Positions 1 through 10,591 are shown, counted from the stretch's first letter. The stretch is 31,171 nucleotides of DNA from a virus (IMGVR_UViG_3300032330_000367:1-31171); one strand, 5' to 3'. Notes: generated by a model from the sequence alone, not told the origin. Made by a program: numbers and translations.

Positions 1-111
1 CTTCCCATCTACTTACCCCGAGCCAGTCATGCCTAGCCCAGATGAGGATTTCCCATCTACTTACCCCGAGCCAGTCATGCCTAGCCCAGATGAGGACTTC
101 CCATCTACTTA
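1..111 (+). repeat. 48-bp tandem repeat (2.3 copies visible; encodes [16 protein letters not shown])
   Basis: Units start at 1, 49 and 97 and are nearly identical. The array runs off the left edge of the window. Confidence 0.95.
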
Positions 112-1282
112 TACAGATGAACCCGTGGTTTTTGAACCAAAGTTTGAGCCTGTTGAAGAGCCTAAGCCTCTACCTGAGCCAGAGCCATTCCCTGAGCCCA
201 AGCCTGAGCCCGAGCCTGAGCCAATAGTTGAGCCTATTCGTGAGCCTTTACCTGAGCCCAAGCCCGAGCCTGAGCCTGTTCGTGAACCTGAGCCTGTTCG
301 TGAACCTGAGCCTGAGCCTGAGCCAGTAGTTGAGCCTATTCGTGAGCCTTTACCTGAGCCTGAGCCATACGACGATACTCCTATTGAGTACCACGACCCT
401 GTAGAAATTCCAGATCGGGGTGAGCCTGAGCCTGTTCGTGAGCCTGAGCCTGTTCGTGAGCCTGAGCCTGTTCGTGAGCCTGAGCCTGTTCGTGAGCCTG
501 AGCCTGAGCCTGTTCGTGAGCCTGAGCCTGAGCCTGTTCGTGAGCCAGAGCCAACTCCTGAGCCAGTACAACCTGAGCCTGAGCCCGAGCCAAATCCTTA
601 CACGCCTGAGCCAGAGCCTAATCCATACACGCCTGAGCCAGAGCCTAATCCATACACGCCTGAGCCTGAGCCAAATCCGTACAGGCCTGAGCCTTTACCT
701 GAGCCTACTCCGTATGACGACATACCACTAAGCGACGCCGAAATAGAAGAACTTTTTGGCGGCAGTGATGGTGGTGGCGGCGGTGGCGGCGGTGGCGGCG
801 GTGGTCGAGGATTAGAAGCCTATAGTGATTATGGTGACTTCGGCGGCTACGGCAACTACGGCGAAAACATGGTTGCTGCTAGTGGTGGCCTAATGAGCTA
901 TGCACGGGGCGGGTCTGCACGCCCATTCTTCTCCAAAGAAACCGGCAAGTTTAGTTTCCATCCCCCACGTGTCTACGCTTCGGGCGGTTTAAGCAACTTG
1001 GGTGGCTACTCTGATGGTGGCCGTTTGCTCAAGGGCCCCGGTGATGGCGTGTCTGATAGCATCCCTGCGTCTATTGGTAGAAACCGTCAACCTGCACGAC
1101 TTGCCGATGGCGAATTTGTAGTACCCGCACGTATCGTGTCTGAGCTGGGTAACGGCTCAACAGAAGCTGGCGCACGTAAGTTGTACGCCATGATGGACCG
1201 CATCCAGCAAGCTCGTGGAAAAACAGTTGGTAAAGGCAAGGTAGCCACCAACTCCCGTGCCGACAAACACCTTCCCGCATAA
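2..1282 (+). CDS. 5'-truncated Pro/Glu-repeat virion protein with a C-terminal GPGDGxSDSIPA...[10 protein letters not shown] domain
   Basis: The frame is open from base 2 ([10 protein letters not shown]...), so the true start lies upstream of the window. It has a long PE-rich repeat tract and a poly-Gly linker. The C-terminal GxGxxxSDSIPA..L..GEFV.PA motif is one I recognise from phage tape-measure/internal virion proteins. Confidence 0.7.
   Translation, partial: FPSTYPEPVMPSPDEDFPSTYPEPVMPSPDEDFPSTYTDEPVVFEPKFEPVEEPKPLPEPEPFPEPKPEPEPEPIVEPIREPLPEPKPEPEPVREPEPVREPEPEPEPVVEPIREPLPEPEPYDDTPIEYHDPVEIPDRGEPEPVREPEPVREPEPVREPEPVREPEPEPVREPEPEPVREPEPTPEPVQPEPEPEPNPYTPEPEPNPYTPEPEPNPYTPEPEPNPYRPEPLPEPTPYDDIPLSDAEIEELFGGSDGGGGGGGGGGGGRGLEAYSDYGDFGGYGNYGENMVAASGGLMSYARGGSARPFFSKETGKFSFHPPRVYASGGLSNLGGYSDGGRLLKGPGDGVSDSIPASIGRNRQPARLADGEFVVPARIVSELGNGSTEAGARKLYAMMDRIQQARGKTVGKGKVATNSRADKHLPA
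160..712 (+). repeat. Nested coding repeats: GAGCCT hexamers, 18/24-bp PEPVRE units (421-545), 27-bp PEPEPNPYT units (about 580-690)
   Basis: Directly visible in the DNA and the translation. Confidence 0.95.
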
Positions 1283-1293
1283 GGAGCCTATAA

Positions 1294-2517
1294 ATGGCAG
1301 ATACAAGCATTTCACAAGTAACGCAGAATCAGGTTGGCTTTGCACCTGAAGTTGCACCGTATGCACAAAACCTTCTAGGTACAGCCGCAGGTGTAGCGTA
1401 TACATACCAAAAAGATCCCAGCGGCAACATAATGAAGGATGACAAGGGACTGCCAATCATTAGCGGTTTCCAACCCTACCAGCAATACCAAGGTGAGCGT
1501 GTTGCTCAGTTTTCTCCATTACAGCGTCAGTCTTTTGAGGGTGCGCAAAACATGCAACCTGCGTATCAATTGCAGGGCGCTACAGGCTTGGCTGGTTTGG
1601 CCGGTCAACAGGCTCTTGGTACACAGTACAACCCACTGAACTTCAGATCACAAAGCATTACCGGTGGTGGTCGCGGTATGGGTGGCTACGGCGGTGACAT
1701 TGGTGTCGGTGGGTTTGGCGGTGACAGAGGTGTTGGCTTTGACGATAGGAGCGGAGACATTGGTGTCGGCTATGGCGGCGGTATGGGCGGCCCACAAAAC
1801 ACTTTGCAACAATACATGTCTCCGTACATGCAGAATGTTGTTCAACGTCAGCAACAAGATGCTTCACGCCAGTCGGCTATTGCAGGTCAAGCTCAGCAAG
1901 CACAAGCGGCTCGTATGGGTGCGTTCGGCGGCAGTGGTGACTATTTGATGCGTGCGCAAGCTGCTGGTAATTTGGCTCGTCAAAAGGGTGATATCCAAGC
2001 TACCGGCTTGCAAAACGCATACGGGCAAGCGCTTCAGCAGTTCAATACGGAACAACAAGCTCGTCAACAAGCGGCGCAGTTGGGTGAACAGTCTCGTCAG
2101 TATGGTGCCGGTCTAGGTCTTCAAGGTTTGCAAACTGCGCTGTCTGGCGCTAATGCGCTAAACACCATTGGGCAGAATCAGTACTCCCAAGGTATGGACA
2201 TTAACAAGCTGCAAAACCAATACGGTGGCCAGCAACAGCAACAGATGAACACGATTTTGGGTAACCAATATCAGGACTTCTTGAACCAACAGAACCAGCC
2301 ATACAAGCAGCTCGGCTTTATGTCTGACATTATTCGTGGCGCACCTTTGTCTCAGCAGGGTAGTACAGTCTACTCAGCTAATCCTACGACTGCACAAAAC
2401 GTTGCTTCGTTGGGCCTTGGCGCGGCTGGTATTGCTAAACTAGGTTCTTTATTTGCCAAAGGTGGACATGTGAAGTCTAATGGCCTTGGCGGTCTAGCGT
2501 TAAACAAGTTGGTGTAA
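1294..2517 (+). CDS. Gln/Gly/Ala-rich putative DNA-pilot/ejection (internal virion) protein
   Basis: 407 aa with SD AAGGAG upstream. Q-rich helical composition with YMSPY and GAFGGS motifs, located among virion genes. Function is inferred from composition and context. Confidence 0.6.
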   Translation: MADTSISQVTQNQVGFAPEVAPYAQNLLGTAAGVAYTYQKDPSGNIMKDDKGLPIISGFQPYQQYQGERVAQFSPLQRQSFEGAQNMQPAYQLQGATGLAGLAGQQALGTQYNPLNFRSQSITGGGRGMGGYGGDIGVGGFGGDRGVGFDDRSGDIGVGYGGGMGGPQNTLQQYMSPYMQNVVQRQQQDASRQSAIAGQAQQAQAARMGAFGGSGDYLMRAQAAGNLARQKGDIQATGLQNAYGQALQQFNTEQQARQQAAQLGEQSRQYGAGLGLQGLQTALSGANALNTIGQNQYSQGMDINKLQNQYGGQQQQQMNTILGNQYQDFLNQQNQPYKQLGFMSDIIRGAPLSQQGSTVYSANPTTAQNVASLGLGAAGIAKLGSLFAKGGHVKSNGLGGLALNKLV

Positions 2518-2526
2518 GGAAAAATC

Positions 2527-4011
2527 ATGGGAATTGACATGGCATCTGTCTATGCCGAGCGGTATAGAAAAAACCCCGACATACTACGCGCTGCGGTAAT
2601 CGGCCAAAGCCCAGATCGCAGACTGGACCCCTACACTGCGCTTAACGCACTGAAGTTGGTTAATGAGTCCAACAGAATGATGATGGCGGGTCAAGCACAA
2701 CAACCCACTTCTTCACCTTCTTTGGTTGCTCAGAACATGGCTCCACAAGCAGGTCTTGGCGCTATGGTCCCCGGTGCTATGGGTCAGATGGGTGGTCAAA
2801 TGGGTCAGGCCCCTCAAGCTGCTCCCGCAGCTCCAGCTCCAACCATGATGGCTAAGTCCGGTGGCTTGGCTAGTTTGCCGACCAAAGATTTTGGCTACGC
2901 CCAAGGCGGTATCGTTGCTTTTGCTAAGGGCGGTGCTAATGGCCAAGAAAGAGACTACACGCAAGAAGTGCTTGATTCAATTGCAGACGACAAGCGACGT
3001 GAAGACTACGGCACAGACCAAGAGCCCGGTTGGAATCAAGACGACAGTGAAGGCAGTGGTTTGGCGCAAGGGGACTTCAACGCATACCTTATGAAGCAGT
3101 TAAAAGGTATGGAAGAGTACGAGCCTAAAGAAATGTCAGAGAAAGAACAAGACGCTCTGTATCAAAAGTATTTAGGCCGCGAAAAAACATTGGCCGGTCC
3201 AGATATTTACGCCCCAGCAAGGGCGGATTTAAAGAAGCGTGAAACAGATATTGCTGGTAACGAAAACTACGGCCAAGGATTGGCTTTGATAAGCGCGGCT
3301 GGCCACATACTCAAAGGTCGTAACTTAGCGGAAGGTGCAAGTAATGCGGCACCAGCTTTTGCTCAGCAAATGGCAGAAGTTAAACGCTCTTCCATCCAAG
3401 AGAAACGTTCTATTGAGCAGATGAAGTTTGCTTATGCCGACGCAGAACGCAAAGAGAACGCTGGTATGCACCGTGCCGCTGTTTCTTCTATGGAGAGCGC
3501 ACGTAAGTTCCAACAAGACGCTAACAAAGCTAACTTTGACAAACGTAGAGCCTTGGCTGATTTGGCGGCTAAAGGTGTGCAAGCTAACAGACCACGTGCT
3601 GGTGGCGCTGGCGGTGCTAAGTTGGCTGAACGTTTGGCTGATGCTGAAGAAGCAGTCGCACTCAACCCCACCCCAGAAAATAGGGCTCGTCTAACGGCGC
3701 TAACAAGTGCGGCTTCTAAGATGAAGACCACATTCTCTACAAGTGAAGTTGGGCCAGAAAAATCTAGGATTACTACAGCACCTATCCAGCAGCGTGTTGA
3801 TGCTAAGGTTGCCGACTCGATGAAGAGCTTCTCGACCTTAAACCCAGCTTACAGAAAAGCTGTTCGTAGTGGTAATCAGGCTGAGGCAAAACGTTTGTGG
3901 GAAGCTGAGGAAGCTAAGTGGCGTGGTATACACTCTAAGTCTGAAGCTGCCGCCGCAAGTAACACTGCTGCTCCCGGAACTGCTGAAAACCCAATCAAAC
4001 TTTCTCCTTGA
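2527..4011 (+). CDS. Putative internal virion/ejection protein
   Basis: 494 aa with SD AAGGA. Ala-rich and helical, with AxGG motifs shared with upstream genes. Confidence 0.55.
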   Translation: MGIDMASVYAERYRKNPDILRAAVIGQSPDRRLDPYTALNALKLVNESNRMMMAGQAQQPTSSPSLVAQNMAPQAGLGAMVPGAMGQMGGQMGQAPQAAPAAPAPTMMAKSGGLASLPTKDFGYAQGGIVAFAKGGANGQERDYTQEVLDSIADDKRREDYGTDQEPGWNQDDSEGSGLAQGDFNAYLMKQLKGMEEYEPKEMSEKEQDALYQKYLGREKTLAGPDIYAPARADLKKRETDIAGNENYGQGLALISAAGHILKGRNLAEGASNAAPAFAQQMAEVKRSSIQEKRSIEQMKFAYADAERKENAGMHRAAVSSMESARKFQQDANKANFDKRRALADLAAKGVQANRPRAGGAGGAKLAERLADAEEAVALNPTPENRARLTALTSAASKMKTTFSTSEVGPEKSRITTAPIQQRVDAKVADSMKSFSTLNPAYRKAVRSGNQAEAKRLWEAEEAKWRGIHSKSEAAAASNTAAPGTAENPIKLSP

Positions 4012-4019
4012 GGCGTTAA

Positions 4020-7000
4020 ATGCCCATCTACGAATACCAAGGTAAGCATTACGATATTGCTACCGATGATCCAGCCGCAGCTAAGGCTAAGATTCTTGGC
4101 CACCTTGGTACTCAGGAGACTCCTGCGCCTAGTCCCGCGCCATTAGCGCCTAAACCTAAGCAAGCTGCGCAGTCTGATGATTTTGATTTCGGTGCCCCAA
4201 TGGGAACTGGTTCAGAAGAAATCATGGCGCAGCCAACCACGCCAAAGGTTCCTAAGTTTAAGAGCGTACTGGAAGGCCGCGAGCCTGAGTACGACGAAGA
4301 AGCGCTAATCAAAGCATCGCGTCGCAAGTATGTCGAGCAGGGCATAAAAGAAGCCGAGCGAGCAACTGCGGTTGGCAAACAAAGACTTGCTATTCAACAA
4401 GCCGGTCGGGACAGACTGCGCAAAGAAGCTGAAGCTGAGAACTACGGAATCTTAGATTACGCCGCAGATACAGGTATTGATCTTGCTAAAGGTGCAGTCG
4501 GCTTAGGCGAGAACTATGTTGGCTTACTTGACATCACTTCTGGCGGTGCAGCTGGTAAAGTTTTGGGGCGCATGGGTTATGACCCAGAGCGCACGACTGA
4601 ATGGTTGAATGGGTTCCAATCTATTACCCGTAAGAACGCACGTCAAAATGTTAAAGAGGCCGAGGGGTTCGTTGATACTCTCGGCGCGTTGCTTGTAAAC
4701 CCAACTGAACTGCTTGGCTCAATTGCTGAATCGCTTCCCGGTACAGTCGCATCTGGTGCGGTTGGTGGTAAGTTTGTACGGTTCCTTGCTGGTAAAGCTA
4801 CGGCTGAAGCATCTGCTTTGGGCCTGACTGGAAAAGAAGCACAGGACTTTATTTCTGGCAAAGTTAAAGAACAAGCGTACAAGATCGCCGCTGTTGCAGG
4901 TGGAACCGAGGGCGCTCAAACTGCTGGCTCTGTTGCAGAAAAGGGTCGTCAAAAAGATAAAGACTGGGACCAATATGTAGCTCCCGCTATTGCCGCTGGC
5001 CTTGGCACTGCCGCCATCTCTGCACTGTCCGGTAAAGTTGCTCAGAAGCTTGGTATTGGTGATATCGAGACTAGCATTGCCGCACGCTCAGCTGGCGTCA
5101 AAGGTGTCGGCCAAAGTGAAGGCACGTACTTTACTAAGCTCTTCAAAGAGATGGGCAAGGAAGGTTTGCTTGAGGAATTGCCACAGGGTGTCCAAGAACA
5201 AATCTTTACCAACTTAGCTACAGGCCGTCCTTGGGATGAAGGTATCGGCAAAGCTGCCGCCCAAAGTATTGTTACCGGTGCGGGTATGGCTGGCGGCCAT
5301 GTTACCGGAGCCGCTGCACTCCAAAAAGCATCGTCTACTTTGAACAATGCTTTGTTTGGTCTTTCTAAAGAAGAGCAACAGCAACAGCAAGAAGAACTTA
5401 AACAGACTAACGAGGCCCCTCCACCTCCACCACCTGCTACTAATGAAGCACCACCTGCACCCCCTTCACCTGCCGCTCAAGCAGGTCAGGCTCGTGCCGA
5501 CAGGATTGAAAAAGTAACTCAAGTACTTGTACAGCAAGGTATCCCTGCTGAAAATGCTGGGCGTATTGCCGAGCGCAGAGTCGATGCAGAGTTAAAGGGT
5601 GAAGCCAAAGCTGCGGCTATTAAAGTACCTGAAGGCCGTGTTGAGCAGCTTACACAAGATTTAATCGCCAGCGGTGTAGACCCACAACAAGCAGTTATTC
5701 AAGCACAGAAACAAGCCCAAGAGGAGGCAGAGGCAGATGAGCTTGCGAAGACAGAAACAGGAGGAGCAGCTAATGTTGCAGGACCTATCAGTAAGCCAGC
5801 TGGAGAAAGCACTAGCTTGGTTGGACAGTCCGATACAGAGCCCTCCACCGGAAGAATTGCTGGAGCTGAATCAGATGGAATGGTTTCTACTAGACCGGAT
5901 GTTGCAGGCGCTACAACTGGAGAAACAGGCAAGCCGCTTACACTAGAAGAGCGACTTCAGGAAGCGGATGAGCGTAGAAGTAAAGCCATTGCTATGGCTA
6001 AAAATAACCTCGACACTGCAGAGGCTACGAAGTCTGAATACGGTGGTTTGAAAGAAGCCTTTGGTGCCCACAGGCAAAATGTAATTGACACCCTTAGTGA
6101 GCAAGGTGAAACAGACCGACGTGTTGTAGATGCAGCACTTGATGCGTACGATAAAGAAGTTGAAGCGCGATTAGCTAAAGAAGAAGCACCTGCCGCAATA
6201 GAAGAAACACCCATTGAAACCAAAGGAGCCGAACTTGGCACTGAAACCACTGAAGCCCAGCAAACAACGCAAGAAAGACAAGCGGCACCAACAACCGGAG
6301 CAGTAAGCAAAGGTAAACGTGGTCGGCCACCTGTTCAGCAGAGGCATGTAGTCGTAAAAAATTCTGAAGGTAAGTTTGAACACGTTACGGATGGTGAAGT
6401 AACTGCAACGTACGCAAACAATAAGCAAGCTACTGCGGCTGTCAACTTGGCTAAAGCCAAAGATGCAAACAACACTGCAAACATCGCCAAGTATCAGGCT
6501 GAGTTGGACAAAGCACTTGCTTCTACGGGTCGAGGCCGACCAGCTAAGGCCGCGACAGAAACCAAAGCCGGAACTGAAAAGCTAGATAAAGACACACGCG
6601 AAGAGCTTGATGCCTTAGAGTCGGCGCTTGAAACATATAACTCCACTACAGACGACAAAAAAGCTGGAGACGCAGCGCTATATATTAGTGATGCCGCAGT
6701 TGACCCCACTGTGCCAAAAGCAGTACGCGAACGGGCTCAGCAAATGCTTGAGGATGAAATTGATCCTAAAGACATCCCAAAGAAACTGCGTTCTTCTGAA
6801 GGTAAGGTAGCCAAAGCAGACACAGGGTTCAGCAATCTGACCAATGGCTCACAGGCTATTGCGCACATCATTAAGACTGGCAATCTGTTCCAGCGGTTTG
6901 TTGCCGAGCGTATCCGCAACTTCGTAGTCGGCGTTAAGTTCGTAGTCGTTGAGAAGGGTGACCCCATGCCCCCTCAACTGCGCGGTGCGCGTGGTTTGTT

Positions 7001-10000
7001 TGTGTACACCCCCGGCTCTAAAGAACGTACCATCTACGTGCGTGGTGCCAGCTTCGGAGACATGCAGGGCGTAAACGTTATAACTGTGCTGCACGAATTG
7101 CTGCACGCAGCAACGGCTAGTCGTATTGAAGCAGGTCTATTAAAAGGTTTCAGAAACGCCAGCCTCCAAAAGTTCATGCGTGAAATGGAAGGCTTGATGA
7201 AGCGCACGCAAGAAGCATACGAAGAAGGTGTGCTGTTTGGTGATTTGCCAGCTGATGTGCAGGAAATGATTGAGGGCACTACCGACCTTGACCCAAGAAC
7301 GGGCAAAGTAACTATTGGTGTATTCGCAGACCCACATGAGTTCTTGGCTTATGGCATGTCCAGCCCTGAGTTCCAAAAGTTTTTGATGGGCGTGCAGGGT
7401 AAGCGCGGTACAGGCTTCTCTGGTTTTGTCGACAGCATCCGTGATCTGTTTGGTATCAAGCAGGGCGACGCCACTGCGTTCTCTGATCTGGTCGATATTA
7501 CTGATAAGATGCTTGGCACAAGGCTAACTGCAACTGAGACTAAGGGCGGTGCACTCCAGCAAAAGGGCAAGTTCACTCCTCCCGAGTTTGACGAGCAAGC
7601 AGATATTAGAGCAAAACGCTCTGCTTTGGAACTAGAGCGTGACGCACGCAAAGCCAAACAAAACGTAGCTAACTCCCGTGAAGGCGATATGGCTACTGCC
7701 GTAGAAGCTATGCAGAAGGAACGGGACCCTTCTAAGGTTCGTCAGATTCTTGCAAACGCTTGGAGCTGGATGGATTACAAACAGCGCGAGGCCATGGTGC
7801 GCTTGCCTACGTTTGACTTCCTCGCTAAGTGGGCGGCTGAAAAAGGTATCAATGCACTGACAGAAACAAACCTGTACCTTGAACGCATGTTGGGTATGTC
7901 TCAACAATTCTTGGCTGGTGCTGAGCAAGTCGTCGGCATGCTTGATCGCGGGTTTAAAGAAGACAAGAACCTCAGCCGTAAAGCGTTTGAAGACTTTGTG
8001 TATGCGACAACGATCGCAGAGATTGACCCGTCTGACCCCAATGCAGTTGAGCGTAGCAAGACCCTTGATGAAGATTACAGAGCGCTCGGCACAGTCGGTC
8101 AGCGTATGTACAAAGACTTGCGTAACTATTACGAAGGCATCATTGAGTTGTATTCCGATCTGCTCGACGACCAGATTCAAAACGCGCAAGGCTTAACACA
8201 GTCAGATAAAAACAATCTGATGGCTATGTTGCGCAAAACGTTTGAGGCCAAGACCCGCATCAAGCCTTACTTCCCGTTGGTACGCCGTGGCGACTTCTGG
8301 TTGGCTATTGGCTCGGGTGCAGATCGCAGATTCTACACATTTGAAAGCCGTATTGACCGCAACAACAAAGCCGCTGAACTTGCCGCCCATAAGGGTGATG
8401 ACGTTGAAGACATGTTGTTCCGTCAGGAGTTCGTGCAGGGTAATGACCTTGGCTCACTGCGTACAGCTTCCAAAGACTCCAGCCAGATGCTCAAGCAAAC
8501 GTTTGATGCAATCGACAAGATGGAGATGGGCGAAGACTCTGCCGCTGCTAAAGAAAGTCTAAAGGATGCCGTGTATCAGATTTACCTGAACACAATGCCT
8601 GAGCAAACTTTCCGTAAGCAGTTTACGCATCGTAAGAACCGCATGGGTTTCAGCACCGATGTAAGGCAGAACGTAGCTACCACTGCGGCTAAACAAGCAA
8701 CTCAGTTGGCTCGTTTGAAGTACGCTCCCCTGCTTCGCAACTCTGTGTCTGCCGCAAGGGATTCAATTCGTGAGCAGGAAGAGCTGTCTCCATTTGTTCA
8801 GGAAGCCGAGAAGCGAGTGAACTTGGCGTTGTCCGGTGGTAATGGTTCTTTAGGTGAAGCTGTTGCCGGTGCAGCTAATAAGGCATCGTTCTTCTGGTAT
8901 TTGTCCGGTGCATCGTCGGCTTTGATTCAGCCAAGCAGTATCTTTATTTCTGGCTTGCCCGTGCTTGCGGGTAACTACAACAACGCTTCTGGCGCTGGGC
9001 TTGAGCTTGCAAAGATGGTCACGTTGGTTAACCAATACAGCCTCATGCGTACCAACTCTGATGGCTCAACTTCCATCTCCGCACCAAGCATCGCTAACAA
9101 TAAGTCCCTACCTGCCGATGAACGTCAAGCAGTCAGCGAGATGGTCTCACGTGGTGTGTCTCAATCTACCTACGCTTCTATGGTGTGGGGCTACAAGCAA
9201 ACGCCGACTGAGTCAATGTACTTCCGTTTGGACAAAGGCTTTGGCAACATTCCCGTCGCATACGGCAAGGGCAAGCGCATGGCTAGTTTGTTAGTCGGCG
9301 CTCTGATGCACAACACTGAGCGTTTAAGCCGTGAGGCCGTGTACCTAGCTGCGTATCGCTTAGGTAAGAAGCAGGGCTTGACTTACGCCGACGCCGTCCA
9401 GAAAGCGGTCGACTCGACCAATGAGGCACTGGGTAACTACGACATTACTAACAAGCCACGCTTCATGCAACAAGGCATTGGTAAGATTGCGTTCCAGTTC
9501 AAGATGTATCCGTTGCAGATGACTCTGCTGATGTTGACTAACTTGAAGAAGATGATGCCGTTCCTCAACAAAGAGGGCAAGAAAGAAGCGGCTACTAAGT
9601 TCTTCGGCATGATGGGCACATCTGCTCTGCTCGGCGGCGTAGCAAATATGGCTCTCTTTAGCCCCATCATGGGTTTGATTGGTTGGGCTTGGAGCAAGAT
9701 GCGCGACGACGAAGATTGGCCTGAAGAACTCAAAGACCTTGACTTCCAAACTTGGTTCCGTGAAGTGTTCCTGCCAGAAAAACTTGGCGACACTATGATT
9801 GGTGGCGTACCTGTAAGCGAATTGATTGACCGTGGACCATTGAACGCACTCACCGGGTATGACATTGCTTCGCGTATTGGCCTGAATGATTTGTGGGGCC
9901 GAGACAGCAAAGAGACTAAGACTGCTAGAGACAGTGCAATTGCGTACATGCTGGACCATTTTGCTGGCCCAACTGCAAGTCTGGGTTTGAGTCTTGCCGA

Positions 10001-10574
10001 CGCCTACGACGCTTACGCTATGGGCGACTACCAAAAGATGCAAGAGAAGTTGGCCCCTGCCGCTATCCGTAATTTGTTAGTTGCTAATCGTATGGCTGAT
10101 GAAGGTATGAAGACCGGTCGTGGTTCTGAGTTGGTCGGCAAAGATGATGTGAAGACTGGCGAATTGATTGGTCAAGCAATTGGTTTCCGCCCTGACATTC
10201 TTGCGGCTACACAAGGACCAAGCTTTAAATTAGCGGGTATCGAGCAACGCATCCTTAACCAACGTGGGTTGTTGCTGAACAAGTTGGACTTCCAACTGCG
10301 TCAAGACACTGACAAAGGTGATGAGCGGTTTGAAAAAATCTTGGAAGACGAAGTTCCTAAGTTCAACATCAAGTATCCATCGTACGCTTTAGACAGCGAC
10401 GCAATCTACAACTCATTGGCAAAGAAAGCCGAGCAACGATTGGGTGCTCGTGCGGGTGTAATTGCAACTGAGAAAAACATTCCTCTGATTGAGGAAGCTA
10501 CCGATACGATGGAACGCCGACTTGATCGCCGAGCAGATGAAATGAAAGCTCGACGCGAAAAAAACCCCCGGTGA
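4020..10574 (+). CDS. Very large (2184 aa) internal virion / polyvalent-type protein with a zincin-like HEXXH motif
   Basis: Uninterrupted 6.5-kb ORF with VLHELLHAAT followed later by PHEFLAYG. It has two GRP (AT-hook-like) motifs and hydrophobic helices near the C-terminus. It is the last gene of the + block. Confidence 0.65.
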   Translation: MPIYEYQGKHYDIATDDPAAAKAKILGHLGTQETPAPSPAPLAPKPKQAAQSDDFDFGAPMGTGSEEIMAQPTTPKVPKFKSVLEGREPEYDEEALIKASRRKYVEQGIKEAERATAVGKQRLAIQQAGRDRLRKEAEAENYGILDYAADTGIDLAKGAVGLGENYVGLLDITSGGAAGKVLGRMGYDPERTTEWLNGFQSITRKNARQNVKEAEGFVDTLGALLVNPTELLGSIAESLPGTVASGAVGGKFVRFLAGKATAEASALGLTGKEAQDFISGKVKEQAYKIAAVAGGTEGAQTAGSVAEKGRQKDKDWDQYVAPAIAAGLGTAAISALSGKVAQKLGIGDIETSIAARSAGVKGVGQSEGTYFTKLFKEMGKEGLLEELPQGVQEQIFTNLATGRPWDEGIGKAAAQSIVTGAGMAGGHVTGAAALQKASSTLNNALFGLSKEEQQQQQEELKQTNEAPPPPPPATNEAPPAPPSPAAQAGQARADRIEKVTQVLVQQGIPAENAGRIAERRVDAELKGEAKAAAIKVPEGRVEQLTQDLIASGVDPQQAVIQAQKQAQEEAEADELAKTETGGAANVAGPISKPAGESTSLVGQSDTEPSTGRIAGAESDGMVSTRPDVAGATTGETGKPLTLEERLQEADERRSKAIAMAKNNLDTAEATKSEYGGLKEAFGAHRQNVIDTLSEQGETDRRVVDAALDAYDKEVEARLAKEEAPAAIEETPIETKGAELGTETTEAQQTTQERQAAPTTGAVSKGKRGRPPVQQRHVVVKNSEGKFEHVTDGEVTATYANNKQATAAVNLAKAKDANNTANIAKYQAELDKALASTGRGRPAKAATETKAGTEKLDKDTREELDALESALETYNSTTDDKKAGDAALYISDAAVDPTVPKAVRERAQQMLEDEIDPKDIPKKLRSSEGKVAKADTGFSNLTNGSQAIAHIIKTGNLFQRFVAERIRNFVVGVKFVVVEKGDPMPPQLRGARGLFVYTPGSKERTIYVRGASFGDMQGVNVITVLHELLHAATASRIEAGLLKGFRNASLQKFMREMEGLMKRTQEAYEEGVLFGDLPADVQEMIEGTTDLDPRTGKVTIGVFADPHEFLAYGMSSPEFQKFLMGVQGKRGTGFSGFVDSIRDLFGIKQGDATAFSDLVDITDKMLGTRLTATETKGGALQQKGKFTPPEFDEQADIRAKRSALELERDARKAKQNVANSREGDMATAVEAMQKERDPSKVRQILANAWSWMDYKQREAMVRLPTFDFLAKWAAEKGINALTETNLYLERMLGMSQQFLAGAEQVVGMLDRGFKEDKNLSRKAFEDFVYATTIAEIDPSDPNAVERSKTLDEDYRALGTVGQRMYKDLRNYYEGIIELYSDLLDDQIQNAQGLTQSDKNNLMAMLRKTFEAKTRIKPYFPLVRRGDFWLAIGSGADRRFYTFESRIDRNNKAAELAAHKGDDVEDMLFRQEFVQGNDLGSLRTASKDSSQMLKQTFDAIDKMEMGEDSAAAKESLKDAVYQIYLNTMPEQTFRKQFTHRKNRMGFSTDVRQNVATTAAKQATQLARLKYAPLLRNSVSAARDSIREQEELSPFVQEAEKRVNLALSGGNGSLGEAVAGAANKASFFWYLSGASSALIQPSSIFISGLPVLAGNYNNASGAGLELAKMVTLVNQYSLMRTNSDGSTSISAPSIANNKSLPADERQAVSEMVSRGVSQSTYASMVWGYKQTPTESMYFRLDKGFGNIPVAYGKGKRMASLLVGALMHNTERLSREAVYLAAYRLGKKQGLTYADAVQKAVDSTNEALGNYDITNKPRFMQQGIGKIAFQFKMYPLQMTLLMLTNLKKMMPFLNKEGKKEAATKFFGMMGTSALLGGVANMALFSPIMGLIGWAWSKMRDDEDWPEELKDLDFQTWFREVFLPEKLGDTMIGGVPVSELIDRGPLNALTGYDIASRIGLNDLWGRDSKETKTARDSAIAYMLDHFAGPTASLGLSLADAYDAYAMGDYQKMQEKLAPAAIRNLLVANRMADEGMKTGRGSELVGKDDVKTGELIGQAIGFRPDILAATQGPSFKLAGIEQRILNQRGLLLNKLDFQLRQDTDKGDERFEKILEDEVPKFNIKYPSYALDSDAIYNSLAKKAEQRLGARAGVIATEKNIPLIEEATDTMERRLDRRADEMKARREKNPR

Positions 10575-10586
10575 TTAGCCGGGGGT
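10558..10586 (-). terminator. Intrinsic terminator of the leftward replication transcript
   Basis: The minus strand reads ACCCCCGG-CTAATCA-CCGGGGGT followed by a T tract, at the convergence point of the two gene blocks. Confidence 0.85.
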
Positions 10587-10591
10587 AAGGT

